This document shows, in pieces, positions 1 to 14,371 of a stretch of 64,000 nucleotides of DNA. Below the pieces are notes generated by a model. The model was not told where the DNA came from, made no database searches, and saw nothing but the letters and a program-made list of their open reading frames with translations. Source of the stretch: Eledone cirrhosa (Eukaryota); assembly GCA_964016885.1 (NCBI GenBank), contig OZ024745.1, positions 51,274,001-51,338,000 of the forward strand, given 5' to 3'. Position 1 is the first letter of the stretch, and every line of letters begins with the position of its first letter. A program made the position numbers and the translations under genes.

Positions 1-690
1 GGTGTTTGTTGGTAATATTAGGTTGTATGTTTGAAATATTATTGGTGCAAGGTATATAGACTAATTTGTTCTTATGGCCGCTTCTGGCTAAAGCTTCGTT
101 ATAAAAGGGCGCGTTTTTATCGAATACATCATGATTTGATGAAACCTTAGAGATTCTGAGTGAGATATTATATGTTAGGATTTTAAGGATAGATTTAGGG
201 TGATTAGATTGTGAGTGTATGTAATGCAAGTTTTGGTTAGGTTTATGGTAAGGTTGGTAGATACCTGTAGATAGGTCAATAGTTATATCTAGGAAATTGA
301 CTATTTTACTGGTGTTTTCAAATATAATAGTGAGATTATAATAGTCTTTGAGGAAAGTTCTAATAATTTTTTTATTTCTTTCAATTTCCGATAGGCTAAG
401 ATTAGTGGATAGAAGAAGACAGTCATCACGATATAAACCATCTTTAAGGTGGGGAAAAGATTAATTAATGTTAAATAGAAGAAAAAGGCCCACAAGATCG
501 GTAATTTGGGCAGAATCACTAGAGCCCATAGTTATGTCGAAGAGATTACTATATGTATTTCTGGTCCATTACTCCTTCTGAAATTCAAGTTGTGTTTGTC
601 TAGCGTGCGTGATAATATTGATGTCATCCAATATCTTTAATATTACGGTTGTTTAGATAGTTATAACATTTTATCTATTTCAGTCTTTCT
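1..690 (-). mobile_element. Decayed Penelope-like element RT fragment, same family as 40.9-44.4 kb
   Basis: Minus-strand reading gives MGSSDSAQITDLVG, GLYRDD, SNHP and FYNEALARSG, matching the RT at 41.3-41.9 kb. Frameshifted and truncated by the window edge. Confidence 0.75.
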
Positions 691-1186
691 ATATATATAT
701 ATATTTTTTTTTACATTTCTTTTACTTCTTTATTTATCATTTCCATAAGAATTAATATAATTTTAACTCTGTAAGTATACCTATCAATTAATTTAATTTC
801 CTTTTATATTTGCAGATATTCAATTTTCAAATGCTATTTATCCTACCGTGTCTTCAGAGCAAAGGCTAAAGTGTAAATTCCCTTGTATTTCTTAAAGGGA
901 GTTATTGGGAAAGATAGAGTAGAAAATGAAGAGAGAAAGAAGGGGAGAGAGAGATATGTACGGATCGGAGAAATGGGAGAGAGTGGTTTGAAGAATACAG
1001 ATAGCTTAATCTAAATGTTGTGATAGGGGTCCAACAAGTGGTTTTATTATACTGCTTACTCTCAAAGTGACAACTTAGGCATTGTGTTGATATTGTCAAG
1101 TTTGGAATTATATATTGCCACAGAGAGCAGGTTGATAGATGTGGAGAAGGAGGGAGACAAACAGAGGGCGAGAGAGAGAGAGAGTG

Positions 1187-1219
<33 letters not shown>

Positions 1220-1748
1220 AAGGGAGAGAGAGAGAGAGAGAGAGGGAACAGAAAAAAGCTAAGAGAAGGGGAAGGAAAGGCGGTATACACCGAGCTCGTA
1301 TATATATATATATTTATATATATATATATATATATACATATTAGACACGAATTAGACACGAACAGCCAACAACAGAGGGCACGTTCTATTCCTCTCCGAC
1401 AGATAACCTCCCCTCCCAGAACCCCCCCAGTTGATGGATGCGAATCCGAAATATAGGGATAATTAACTCTCTCCCAAGGTAATTTATTTTTTATGTTCGT
1501 TCCTACGTTCCTCTACACACTTTACATCTGATTCTACATTCCCTTACATCTCGTGTTATTATTTTTATTTTTCCGCTCTTTCCTACGTTCCTCTACACAC
1601 TATACATCACATTCTACATTCCCTTACGTCTCTCTCTTCACCACCGGATCCTGTTACCCGGAGAATTACCCATCTGCATTGTTGAGGCTTCCAAAACGTC
1701 CAAAAGATAATAAATCTTATTATTCCACAATGCTTCAAGCAAACTTCA

Positions 1749-1878
<130 letters not shown>

Positions 1879-2331
1879 CAGTGCCAGAGTGGGTATAAAA
1901 AAATACTTACATCAGCAGTGAAAGAAAGCAAATTGATTGACCAGAAAGATTTCATGTTGTATACGATTTATGAATAATGACAGGACAAAGAAGTAAATAA
2001 ATAATATTAATTACTGAAATAACAATCAATGATGTTCTGCTTGAATTTCCAGGCATCAATCACTGTGATAATTTTGCTGCAGAATATATGTGACATATTT
2101 GTATTGCAAGGCGCCATGCCAATTTAAATTACTTAGTAGTGGGCTACTCAGCGCAAGTTCACGAGCGACATAGGAGTCACATTTTCCTCAAATCACACCT
2201 TAATGTATTAAAAATAGCAAGTGTTACAATGAATATACACTGTCTAAAAACAGGAAAAAGAAGTTTAAGGATGGAATTTATAATTGGTTAAAATCTGACG
2301 TGATGCTAAAATGACACAAAAAAAAAAACAA

Positions 2332-2383
2332 TAACTTTTCTGTATCGTCCCAATTTTAGTATATGTATTGCCGAAACAAGTAC
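2332..2383 (-). pseudogene. U6: 3'-truncated U6 snRNA pseudogene fragment
   Basis: Minus strand GTACTTGTTTCGGCAATACATATACTAAAATTGGGACGATACAGAAAAG matches the U6 5' stem-loop through the ACAGAGA box (here ACAGAAA). Similarity ends there. Confidence 0.8.
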
Positions 2384-3327
2384 AGTAATATAAAATCATT
2401 AGATTCATAGATTTCAAAGAGCGTTCATGACTTCGTTCAACCGAATTTCTAGGTAAATTATTTAAACAAAAGACAAACATAAAAAGAGAAAATAAAATAT
2501 TTCACATAAAACATTGCCTATCATCATCACCGTCAAGAGCAAAAAATATTGATAGAATTATGAAAGGAAGAAATATGAAAACGAAACAGATATAGCATTT
2601 CGTAGTTAAATTGTGTCTTAATCAGGTAAAAAAAAAAATAATAATTGGAAGCAGGAAATTAAATACTTTACAACTGAAGTGATATTGCCACTGTCCAAGA
2701 TACAAATATAATTTTAGTAGGAATATATTACAATGTTCACATCAATCATAGCTCTGTCGAGTGAAAGGGAAATACAAGCAATATACATATATGATTTACA
2801 TTCCTTGTGTATGCTTGACAGATCATGATTATATTGGATTAATGAAATATAGTTCGGCAAAACATATACGTCGCCAAAAGGCAAGGACATTGAAAAAACA
2901 ACTGGAATAACAACATGAAGATATCTTGAAAAGTGTAGGCACATAGATAAACACGCTTACGCACGCGCACACACACGCACATATATATATTTTCTTTATA
3001 AAAACCAAGCTTGAGGTCTCCTCTCTGAAGTTTCACTAAAGTTATATAACACCCCACTGGGTTTCAGTGGGAAAAACACTATTTTCCTCGTATTTTTTCG
3101 TGTGCTATCAACTAATCTAATTTACAAGATGTTGGCAATTGATTTTTTTGCCACAGGACGGAGGGATTGGGTTGTCCATCCCCTCCTTCGGAGTTTTCTC
3201 TCCTTTTCTTTTCACGTGTTATCAATGAATACGACCTCCAAACCAGATGAAACCGACTAGATTTGTAGAAAAAGTAGGGTAAAAGGCAGCGGAAAGACCA
3301 CAGGAGTTTCAAAGATCTACACACCTC

Positions 3328-3584
3328 TTGCGATTCGTGGGAAATAATTATCTTTCCTTGTTTTTGTCTGAACCATTTAGATTTTTGCAATCAACTTTTT
3401 TCCAGGAAACCGAAACCACAATACGAAACCTAACCCTAACCCCAAAACTAACTCTAAAACTCCCCCTAACTCTAAAACTAACCCTCATCCTAATCCTAAT
3501 TCGGGAAAAAAAAGTTTATTGCAAGCATCTAAGAGGTCCATAAAAAATCAAGGTAAAAGATGTTTCATTCACTGAAATCGCGAG
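3328..3584. mobile_element. Foldback/MITE-like element with a degenerate (CCCTAA)n core
   Basis: Imperfect inverted arms, about 3328-3410 vs 3500-3584 (ttagatttttgcaat...ttttttcc / ggaaaaaa...attgcaagcatctaa), flank cctaaccctaaccccaaaactaactctaa... Confidence 0.55.
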
Positions 3585-3898
3585 GGGTTCTTCTATAATA
3601 ATACAGAAATTTCCCCTGAGTACTCATAGTGTTGTCAGACAGGATTAATTTTGCTAAGGTAAATTCTCCACTCAAAATTGTTAATTGTATGTGGAATCAG
3701 GATTTAAGATTCAAGAATCATCGTTTAAGATTTAAGAATATAGGTAAACGTAACATTATTTGATTGGATATCGATACAGAAGACAGAATCTAATGAGGGA
3801 GATTGATTCATATCTGATATTATGATTCAAGATATTTCAAACAGACACTTATCGGTGACCATCGTCTGATTGACTATGGCCATAATAATATATGTATA

Positions 3899-4069
<171 letters not shown>

Positions 4070-4365
4070 GCTTATGCTTATGCTTCAATAACTGACTCTC
4101 TCTCAATCACCTCATTCTGTCACAGTCTATATGGATAATATATCCATCAGAGATTAGTTGTTACTATATACTGCGATAGCTAACGCCGAATTAGAAGATA
4201 CATACATTCTTTATGTAACAGCAATTTATTTAGATTCAAATTGCATGATGTATATGACCAGATGTATTCTAAGCTGAAATGTCACAATCGGAAAAACATT
4301 TTAATCTCAACATCCGCCTAACTATGTGATATGTTGATATTGTGTATTACCCTCACACGGATATG

Positions 4366-4502
4366 GCTGGTATTTTATCTTATGGACCCCGTAAGGATGA
4401 AAGCCAACGCTAACTTTGGCTAGACTTACACTAAGAACGCACAGGGTTGTAACTCTACGCCATAAAACATGTTCGAAGCTCTACCTATTATGCCAATCCA
4501 CC
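4366..4502 (-). mobile_element. Diverged tRNA-derived SINE copy
   Basis: gaccccgtaaggatgaaag...gtaactcta...tgccaatccacc matches the reverse complement of the SINE at 54.9 kb. Confidence 0.65.
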
Positions 4503-4564
4503 TCCCTAAAGCGTGAAATTAATAATACTTTGTTTATGTCTCTTTTATTCTTGAGATAAACACC

Positions 4565-4643
<79 letters not shown>

Positions 4644-4839
4644 GCACACAAACATACAGACACTCGCGCGCGCGCACACACACATATATATATATATATG
4701 TTTATGCTTACGTTTATGTGAGAAGTGGCTGTATGTGTTTCGTTTGTTTGTCCGTTGACTTCGCCCATATTTTCTCTATTCATTTTGAGTGAATTTAGCT
4801 AGGCAGGATTCTCTTTTCAAATTTATATATTTATGCGTG

Positions 4840-4870
<31 letters not shown>

Positions 4871-5680
4871 ATGAGGATTTATATGTATTTATATCGAGTT
4901 CTCTGTTGTGTAATGGTTTAACTACAAGGTTGGCAAGTTGGTCAGTAGTTTAATGGAGTTATCTTTAGCTACATTCATAAGCGTCTATCTCTCTCTCTCT
5001 GTATATATATATATATCTTTGTACATTTGTATATCCCTATATATATGTTAACCTCCGTATACATGTTAATGTTTTCTAGTCAAGTATTAAGGTGCAGTAG
5101 AATCAGGTTGAACATTTTAATGGAAAAGGTTGGGAGATTATTGTCGCACATTATTAGACAAGTATTGATAGAAATTATCGATAGGATAGTTTTGCTGTAG
5201 CATTGGTATGAAACTGAAGATTTTAAGAAACCTCGGGGCTATTTCAGGCTTGTAGTTAATTAAGGAAAGGCCAGGCCTCGAGAACGATGGATAGGGGTGT
5301 GATAGTTTTGGTTTTTCCATGGAACTGTTTAATCTATGTTTCAATACCTTGCTCTGTTGGTCATTCACAGAAACCATGATGACATAAAGATGATTAAATC
5401 AAATCAAATGAGAAATCATATATATTCGAGATTCATTCTTTTTGTTGATTTATTTCACTCAAATATTGGGTGTAGCAACGAATAATTTGTAATCATTTGT
5501 AGAGTACACTCCGTGAATAAATAAGTTGATTAGATGTATGGAACTGTGGTTTGTTATGTTCCTGTGTGTCTAGTTACCACATGCTTACATACATTCACAA
5601 TTTATACCCAACACACGCTCTCTCTCCCTCTATCACACAGATAAATATAAATGTATGTTCATATACACACATGTATATAT

Positions 5681-5717
<37 letters not shown>

Positions 5718-8194
5718 CAGAGAGGAGGGGAAGAAAAAGAGCGAGGGGGATATTAACCTTGTGTGTCACTATGTTTAAACGTAAAGAAATAAATTGCTAA
5801 ATATACAGATAGATGTCCAGCAATATGAAAGAAAAATGATGGATGGATATACGTAATTTGATTAGAAGTTGGAGAGATCGATATATAAACAGATAACTGG
5901 TTTTCATAGACTAGTAGATGAATGATAAGATAGACATATGGATATATGGACATTTGAATAGGTAGATGGATGTATAAATTGATATTAGAGAGATAGCGAT
6001 AATGTTATTTTAAAGGATAGATATACAGATAGTCGAAATTGAAAGTTGTTTCTGAAATATAACTATTGTATATGATTGATATTTTTGTTTCATTTGTTTC
6101 TTATTTCTTTTTCGCAGAAACATCATACAAAGACAGACGCCTATTCTTCAGTTCCATGATTACATGACTGATAAAGATTCAAAGAATAATATATTAACAA
6201 ACATACTTATCATTGAGAGAAATTCCTCAGAAAGCGAACCTAAATTTTAGATCAACGTAACACATTTTTCTTTCGTTTTCACCTCTTATCGTTCACAGTT
6301 GCTTCAAAAATAATTGTCACGCTTATTAAAATGAAAATCTCCAGAATAAACTTACTTTGGCTTAGTTTTGTGCCACGTGGGCCGCAAAGATTCGGTTATT
6401 AATGGCCAGAATATTATTCTTAAATTTATCACGATTTTTGATACATTGAATTTTTCTTTCTTTTTATTATGTGTTTCCAATAGTGTCACAACCTATCTGC
6501 ATAATATGGCGATAATTCTTATTGAATTCTTTGAAATGGTATAGTATTGAAATGCAATCTCAGTTAATGTTTTATACATAAATCTCTCCCTTTCTCCCTC
6601 ATTCCATACATATATCAATTCATTCATCACCCCATGCATCTGTTCATCCATATGTAGATTCATACAAAAATAAAATCATATAAAAATTTATCGATACAGG
6701 TATAGTTGTACCAACACAGAAAGACATACATCAATTACATTAATGTACTACGATGTATAATACTTTTTTAATTCCTTTACAATTTACAGTTCAAAAAGAG
6801 AAAGTGCAAACTATTAGGCGTATAGACTTTAGCAGCTAACTTGGAGCCAAACTCTATAATAGTTCACTGCTGTTGATAACGAACTTTTGAAGTTCATATA
6901 ACTGTTGAACTTTGCTTTTTAAAGAAACTCTTTATTTATTAGTCACAGGATATGATCGAGTGTGTGAGAAAAGACAGGTTAAGGTCACAGAAAGATTATG
7001 AATGGGAGTTTATGAGTTGTTGAAAAGAGAAGTGAGAGTCTGTGGATACATGTACATATATATATATATATATGCAAGAGATATTTGTTAACACTGCTAA
7101 AATATAGCATTTCAAAAACAAAATTTATTTATTGACTATAGATTACAAGTATGTTGAATATATTTTCTTTATTAAGAGAGGCTTACTATAATTCCTCATG
7201 CGGAGTTTTCGAACAAATAATTGTATCGTTGAGAAAATGAGTGTCTATATCCCCAAAATATTGCAGCAGATAGCAAATGGAAAATGGAACCGTTGGCAAA
7301 TAGTATAACGGAATTACCAAATTGCTTCTTTATTCTTTTAACTACTCATTTCTTTGTCCACTTTCTCTGACTGTCTTGAACTAGAATAAGTGTATAAACA
7401 TAAATTTTTAATCAGACAGATCATTGATACGTGCACCGTTTGCAACTGCTTGTAATATCATGTTCATATCATGCCGTGTTTTAGCCTATCTTTGATAAAA
7501 GAAAACAAACCACTCAGTCTAGTCTTGTGTCGATCGAAAACCCTTATTCAGCAGACGATGGACACGAAAAGAATCAGCTAAATAACCATATGCCTTAAAT
7601 TTGGAGTTTAGTCTTATCCAATCCTAAAGTAGAGACGCAGTAACACATACTGTCCGTTTGCGCTTAAACTTATCACTGTTGCCTATATGATTGTTGTTGT
7701 GATGGCCAGTTTTATGTACGTGTCTATTTATATTAGCGTGAACAAAGTGGCTTGTATAGCGAGTTAGGGGGTGTTCTATTGTTCAAGCGTATTATAGATA
7801 TGGAATTATATGCATATTATATGCGTTATGTGTGATGATCCTCGAATGTTTAGGCAGTGTTTTTATTTAATATTTTCGTTTCATTGGATCAGTAATTTAT
7901 GAACAACACTAATTCAAATTACAGCAAATATAATGTTTCTACGTTGCTGTATCGAACTGAAGTTTAGCCGAGTCATGTAAATATGTACTAAATATATCTT
8001 TACTGTGTAATTTTCGTGTGTTGTGCACGCTTTTCTTCTATGTATGCCGTGTGCGTATGCTGTTTAGTGTGGTCTTTATTTCTATTTTATGTTATCTTGT
8101 ATTTTAGATTTGGAAGATGTTATTTCATGATTAGGGATAAAAATGAGACTATAGATGTATGCTGTCTTTATAGAAGTTCGTATAGCTGCTGCTG

Positions 8195-8790
8195 CTTCTT
8201 CTTCTTCTTCTTCTTCTTCTTCTTCTTCTTCTTCTATATGGACCGTCTCTCCAAGCTATACACTGAATTGTGTAACGTTACTAGAAAGACAATCCACAGG
8301 AACCACATTTCTGACGCTTGTATTTGCGATCGTATTCTTTCGGTCAATACACAAGGTTCATGACATTAGGCAAAGGTTGGCATAAATACTGAATTGAAGA
8401 TAGTGAGTTTGACTTTTACACAAACACCTTTATTCTGATTACCGAATGCTGAATCTGGTGCATAACTGTACCAGCTCCTGATGTTCATGCATTTGATTCA
8501 GCTCCTTGTTTCCCATCACTCGTGAACACGGCCTCAAGATACTCGTACTTCTCCAATTTCTGACGACTTCAGTGGCACGATGTCATCTTCAAATTCCACC
8601 CGACTGATCGTACACCCGCCAGTTGCGATACCCTATCTAACCCGGCTGCACCTATCAGTTCCGTTCATGAAAATTATGAACAGTAGAGATGACAGTATTC
8701 ACATTTCGTGGAGTCCGAAACCCACACTGTATCCATAAAGTATTAGGACGTAACTATATTCAGCAAAACACGTTGTCCAACGCTCATCCG
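8195..8790 (-). mobile_element. RTE-like LINE 3' fragment with (GAA)n tail
   Basis: Minus strand encodes LEKYEYLEAVFTSDGK, resembling the RTE RT motif KFKYLG..FTSDG. Homologous to 48.3-49.0 kb. Ends in (TTC)n on the + strand. Confidence 0.6.
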
Positions 8791-9517
8791 ATATTGCCGA
8801 TACACCGCCCTGTATGTATGAATAATGAATACACACACACACACACATAATATGCATTTCTACATATACGAATGTATATATCTTTCACCGATTTATATAG
8901 TTTAACATTTATATAGCTTACATCGGTAAGAAAACTAAAAACATCCTTGCTCTCTGAAACAAAGCCTCGATTTAATCCGACTGTTTTCACCAATGTTGCG
9001 AGTATTGTATTGAATTGCACTCACCTGTGGTTAATCTTTAATCAACAAGGCTAGCGTACACAATTCGCGGTATAAATTATAAAAAATAAAATTGAATATT
9101 CACAAATCTCTCTTTAAATTAGAAAAAAAATTAATATCTACGTCCAGACGTTGCATTGCTTTATCAGAAAATACAGTTTGACACACTGAAAAATTCATTT
9201 AGCTTTTAAAATTGATGCTTCTGATTAACTTTATTAATTGATCTCGAGGTAACAGAAAACAGAAAATTCTACTGCTTTCAATAAAATCGATATCACAAGC
9301 TTAATTAAGTATCTAATATGGATACTGATATATTGATATCATTGGTATAACGTAATGAGAGAAGTGGTTAGTTTGTTAACATTTTCCGTTTGGCTTTTAT
9401 AAAACTAGATGAAGTGTTCCTTTCTCTTTTGCATTATGCAGACAACAAATTATTAATGGAAATAGCGTGTATAAATAAATTACATTTGGATATCGAAACC
9501 GTCATTATAGAAATAAT

Positions 9518-9718
9518 AGTTTCTAATTTAAGTACAAGGGCAACAATTGTTTTGTTGGGAAAGTATCAAGTAGATTAACTCGACCCCAATGTATTATTGG
9601 TGCTTTATTTTATCGTGCCAGTCAGGATGAAAGGCAAAGCTAACCTCAGCGGGATTTGAACTCAGAACGAAAAGCATAGTGCTCTATGCTCTACCGATGC
9701 TCTACCGATACTGCCAAT
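9518..9718 (-). mobile_element. tRNA-derived SINE
   Basis: ggatgaaaggcaaagctaacctcagcgggatttgaactcag...ctaccgatactgccaat. Confidence 0.8.
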
Positions 9719-9766
9719 AGAACTAAGAACACTTTCTAATATTGTTTTGCAAGCCATAGTATACGA

Positions 9767-9842
<76 letters not shown>

Positions 9843-9855
9843 ATATCTATCTATC
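9767..9855. repeat. (ATCT)n microsatellite with no Tx1 insertion
   Basis: Directly visible repeat. Confidence 0.95.
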
Positions 9856-12800
9856 CATTCGTGTATTTGTGTGTCTACCCTTCTATATTCTGTCGATGAA
9901 TCTCAATTTCTGAAAAAATAACAAACCAGCTAGCTATTTACCTAGATATTTAACTTTTTTATTTGCTTTACTATTCTTCCCGAAATTCTCTTTATATCCA
10001 ACACATAGATTTCCAAACGAGTTCATAAAATCCATTAAGAGCCATGAGAATGGGGTGGCTCATCGCTGGATAAAATTAAATCATATTGTGCTTCAAGAGG
10101 CCGAAAGGCAGTGTGAATAAAATGTCAATACACCAGCTCTTGAAGGCTATTGGACCTGTGACAACGTCATCTTTTAACTTCCTCTTCAGATAGCTTATCA
10201 CACACCTCTTTTTAGAACTGGTTGGCACCATTCATAATGAAATTTCAAACACGTAATGCGTGAATACTGAAGTTGATGTTTGAACCGGATAGAATGATTT
10301 ACTTCTCTGCTGCTCAAGCGAAAATTTGCTCCAGGACATGTCTGTCCGCAGTGAAATGCAACCATAACAAGAAAAACAAAAATGGAGACATTTAATAGGT
10401 TTCATAATTTCAATGTAAACGTCAGAAGATATAAGCGCACCGTAGACACAGGTGGAAACTATTTTCACACATCTTCCTGAGGCTACAGTATTTATTAATA
10501 TGAGTAAATAAGTATAATTAATATTGCAGACATTTTTTACTTGTATTATTAAAATAAGACTAATTATGACTGCTGCCATTATTTATTAATAACATTTTTA
10601 TTGAGAAAGTTACTAAGAAATATGATATCACTTCATTATGTTATCACTATTTTTGATAACGACTAAGTTTTGCTATATTCTACTACTTCACGCTGTGCAG
10701 TTATTATTTGGTTTCCCTTCTCTTCAAGATTTAGGGTCCAGCACTATAAACTTCCTCCTCTAGAAGCAAAAATCTGTAATTAAATTTCATTACACAACAA
10801 ATAATATTCACACTGCATTGTAACCCCCATCCCACACAAACTTTGATTTTCAAAAATCACATTATCTCCTTTAAAACGTCGACACAATAATAACGTATGC
10901 AGGCAATGTTTTTTTTTCCTTTTTTGAATGCATACAAATATGATCTTCTTCAGGTATATTATTTTATATTATGATTAAACGGTCCAACTACCGCAACATT
11001 ATATTAGAATCATGTTTAAAGATTTCACCTGGAAAGTTTTTATTCTTAAGATTCCCCATAGCTTCACACACATCGACGATTGGTCTACCAGAGCTGCAGA
11101 AGTAGGAGTCGTATCTGTTGAGAAGATTGGTGGGATGTAAGTGAGTGGTATCGCAAAATCGTCACTTCAATGGCACAGTGACTAATTTAGGTTTAAAATA
11201 ATCACACCGTATTCGAATCCCTAACAAAATGTAATCTTCAGTGAAGTGTGACGGTGCAACGGTATTCATTAGTGGAGCCATTGTATTAATTAGTGGAGCC
11301 ATTGTTCCGAGCCCATCTCTGTCTCTCAGTTCCATTGTACGACATGGGATCCGTTCCTTTCCACCAAGCCTGATATAACTTAATTCTTAAGTTGCTTTAT
11401 CTTGTAGGTGGTATCTAAGTTTGTGCTACTGAGTTTGCCCTAAACATTGAATCGATTACGCAGTTCTAGTTGACATTGAGTGGCTATGTTACTGCAATTC
11501 CGTTTGGAATATTATAATTTTGTTGGCCATTAAATGGATACGATGTTTCGCCACTTACAATATATAATCTGAGTCTTTATCGCTTTGCGTTTCAGCCACA
11601 AACAAAGATAAACAGTTAAGTACAGATTTAGTTCAGTGATATTACACAAGGGTATAATCTATCGGATTGGTCTTGAAGCCATTATTCAAATAATATGATT
11701 TTGGAGTGCTCGCTATCATCCATTGGTTTATAGAGGAATGCGACTCGTACAGGCTCGCTCCTTATCTCCCTTTGTTGTTGAACTCTTTACTAGACGTCAA
11801 AACTCTTTCGTCACTTTGAAAATGACTTTTGAGAAAAGCAAATACGGTTTACCAAGCGGTTCTCATTTGTGTAGCGATCACTCACTACCGAATTACCGAG
11901 GATCCGTCTATTACTTGCACTTCCATTTTTTCGTGCACTCCAGCCTCTACAGCATTCAAAGTTCCCACATTCTAGCCCGAATGTTTATCACTCTCTCCAC
12001 TGAAGAACAAGCTCTTCAGCTCCTCCAGACTCTGTAGCATTACACTTATTCTCATTTTTCCTTGGATGAAAGCTGGGGCTTCATTGGACATATGATTTTC
12101 GCAGTCGGTGATCTATAGCAGCACTCTCTTCCAGCGAATATCCACAGTTGCAGAGGAAACCGACCATAAATGCCATATATGGGACAGACATGTTTTGGAT
12201 TTCTTAAAGGACAGACAGTTTTCCAAAATACATAATTATGCAATGGTCAGCGCCAACAGCAGCCGGCGGATTGCGGAGTAGACGGTAACTTGAGGATTTA
12301 GGCGTGTTCTTTGGACTATTATAGCGCCGTACAATCGCTTTATTATCAAACCCGGTTTATATGTGCTTGTGCCATGATCACGATGCATGTGAATTGAGTT
12401 TGTTTTAGATTCCACATTGAACATCTTTTCAGCTCTTTGGGAACTAAACCCTACTTCTTCAATTCTGACATTACCAAACTAGTAACCTAGCTAATAGTAT
12501 TGAATTTATAAGCGAGGATTTATAATTGCAAAGGAAGACTTCTAATCTTAATACAGATAACCATTGCAGTCAGTTGGTTTATAAGAAGTTCAAACTAATA
12601 ATTATATATATATAATATATAACTTCTCTTCGGTTGCACAATTATATATTCGAGAAAATAATGTGTACATCAACAAAAAATTGAGGATTGTTTGGTATAC
12701 GTTTTAATGGTTAATGATAATGATGAATTCTGAATGTTTAAAATAATTAATGACATGTGTGTGCAAATTTGAAATCCTAGTACATCTTATGAGACATATG

Positions 12801-13266
12801 TACAAAATTAAAAATGATTAGAAATGATGTTTGAAATTCAATACATTGGTGAAATATGGTTTCAATTTTGCATAGCAAATAATATAAAATTTGAGCTTGA
12901 ACCCAATGGATAATGTGTGGCGGGTGGAACTATGTGCATCTTTTACAAAAGTTCGAAAGAAATGTTGCAAAACATGCTACTTGTTCTCAACAACAAGAAT
13001 TACAATCATACGTAATGCATGCTGATAAAATTATATTTATTGGATTCACACTAAGAGACAATGTATGCCATATTAATTAATCACGTTTTAATCACATTTG
13101 TAAACATAGAACTTTTCTAAGTTAAACAAACAATATCTGTTTAATTCTATTACATATGTATTAAATTAGGACTTTTGTAAGTATCCAATTATATTAGGTA
13201 ATTGCACCGAAAAATATAATAATTAAAACAAAAACTGCAAGGAAGACTGATCTAATCTTCCATTGA

Positions 13267-13377
<111 letters not shown>

Positions 13378-14112
13378 GTTTGTTAGTCTACCTATCAGCC
13401 CCTCTAGCTGTAGCTGAGTGTGCAACTATCTTAATATCACGTGCCCTCTGAAATCTTGAAATCTTAGATATAAGTTACGGGTGGATTTGAGCTTGTGTCT
13501 GTGAGACGATGGAATCGATACTCATTCACATGTCTCTTGCAACATTCTCAAAATGATTCGCATAACTCTCAAACGTTGGAAAGGTATATTAACGCGTTTT
13601 ATGTGGTTGAAAAAAAAACCCATTTTCTTTTATGAGATAGCCCCTCTGACATTTATGCCTTACTTAAGATTATATAGCGCAAGTTAATTGACATGACGTT
13701 GTCGAGAGGATTGAAATTACGTATTTGTTCAAGCTTGCTAGTAGCTTGGCACGTGCTATTCAGAGCTAGTCACCCCTGTTGGGAATGATAATCGGTTATA
13801 ACTCAGGCAACACAACTTGCTATTGGTGAATAAATTGAAATGCTTTAAAAGCAAGCTGCTTATCCAGGTAACAAAGCGGTTTTATTAAAGTCGCTTCTTA
13901 CGACACAGAAACGCTAATAATGAATGATGGTATATGTGGACTCTTGACTTGCTAAAAATACTAATTTAATTTCCCTTAAGTCTCACCATAGCGTCTTTAA
14001 AATAATAGGACACATTAGATGACGTACGCTAGGTTGTTCACAGCAGATAATCGTGTGATGTTAGGTATACTCGATCAAAACGATGTAATATGTACATAAT
14101 ACATACAATCTC

Positions 14113-14159
<47 letters not shown>

Positions 14160-14371
14160 CTTTACGATGGACACATGTGCTGAGCTCACTCGGTAAGTTT
14201 CGTTTAAATTTAACTGGAAATTGTGAACTGTAAACTTTCATTTTTGTACCATTTTGTAGAGGGACTGCCAGGTCAAATTTTGATCTGGTCAGTCTCTCAA
14301 AATATTCTACGCCGTTAGGCGAAATAGTGTTGTAAATATTTAATATTTCGAAAAATCCTATTTTGATAAAA

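Noticed and set aside
2295-2335. Possible GT-AG intron within the U6 copy
   Set aside because: It is only about 30 nt long, and the sequence after TTAGCAT does not continue as U6.
6085-6200. Strong acceptor-like ttctttttcgcag, a possible host terminal exon
   Set aside because: Only short frames follow and there is no recognisable protein or partner exon. It cannot be supported without transcripts.
11000-12480. Slightly GC-richer block with Cys-containing short ORFs, possible LTR element remnant
   Set aside because: No identifiable gag or pol motif, and no LTR pair seen.
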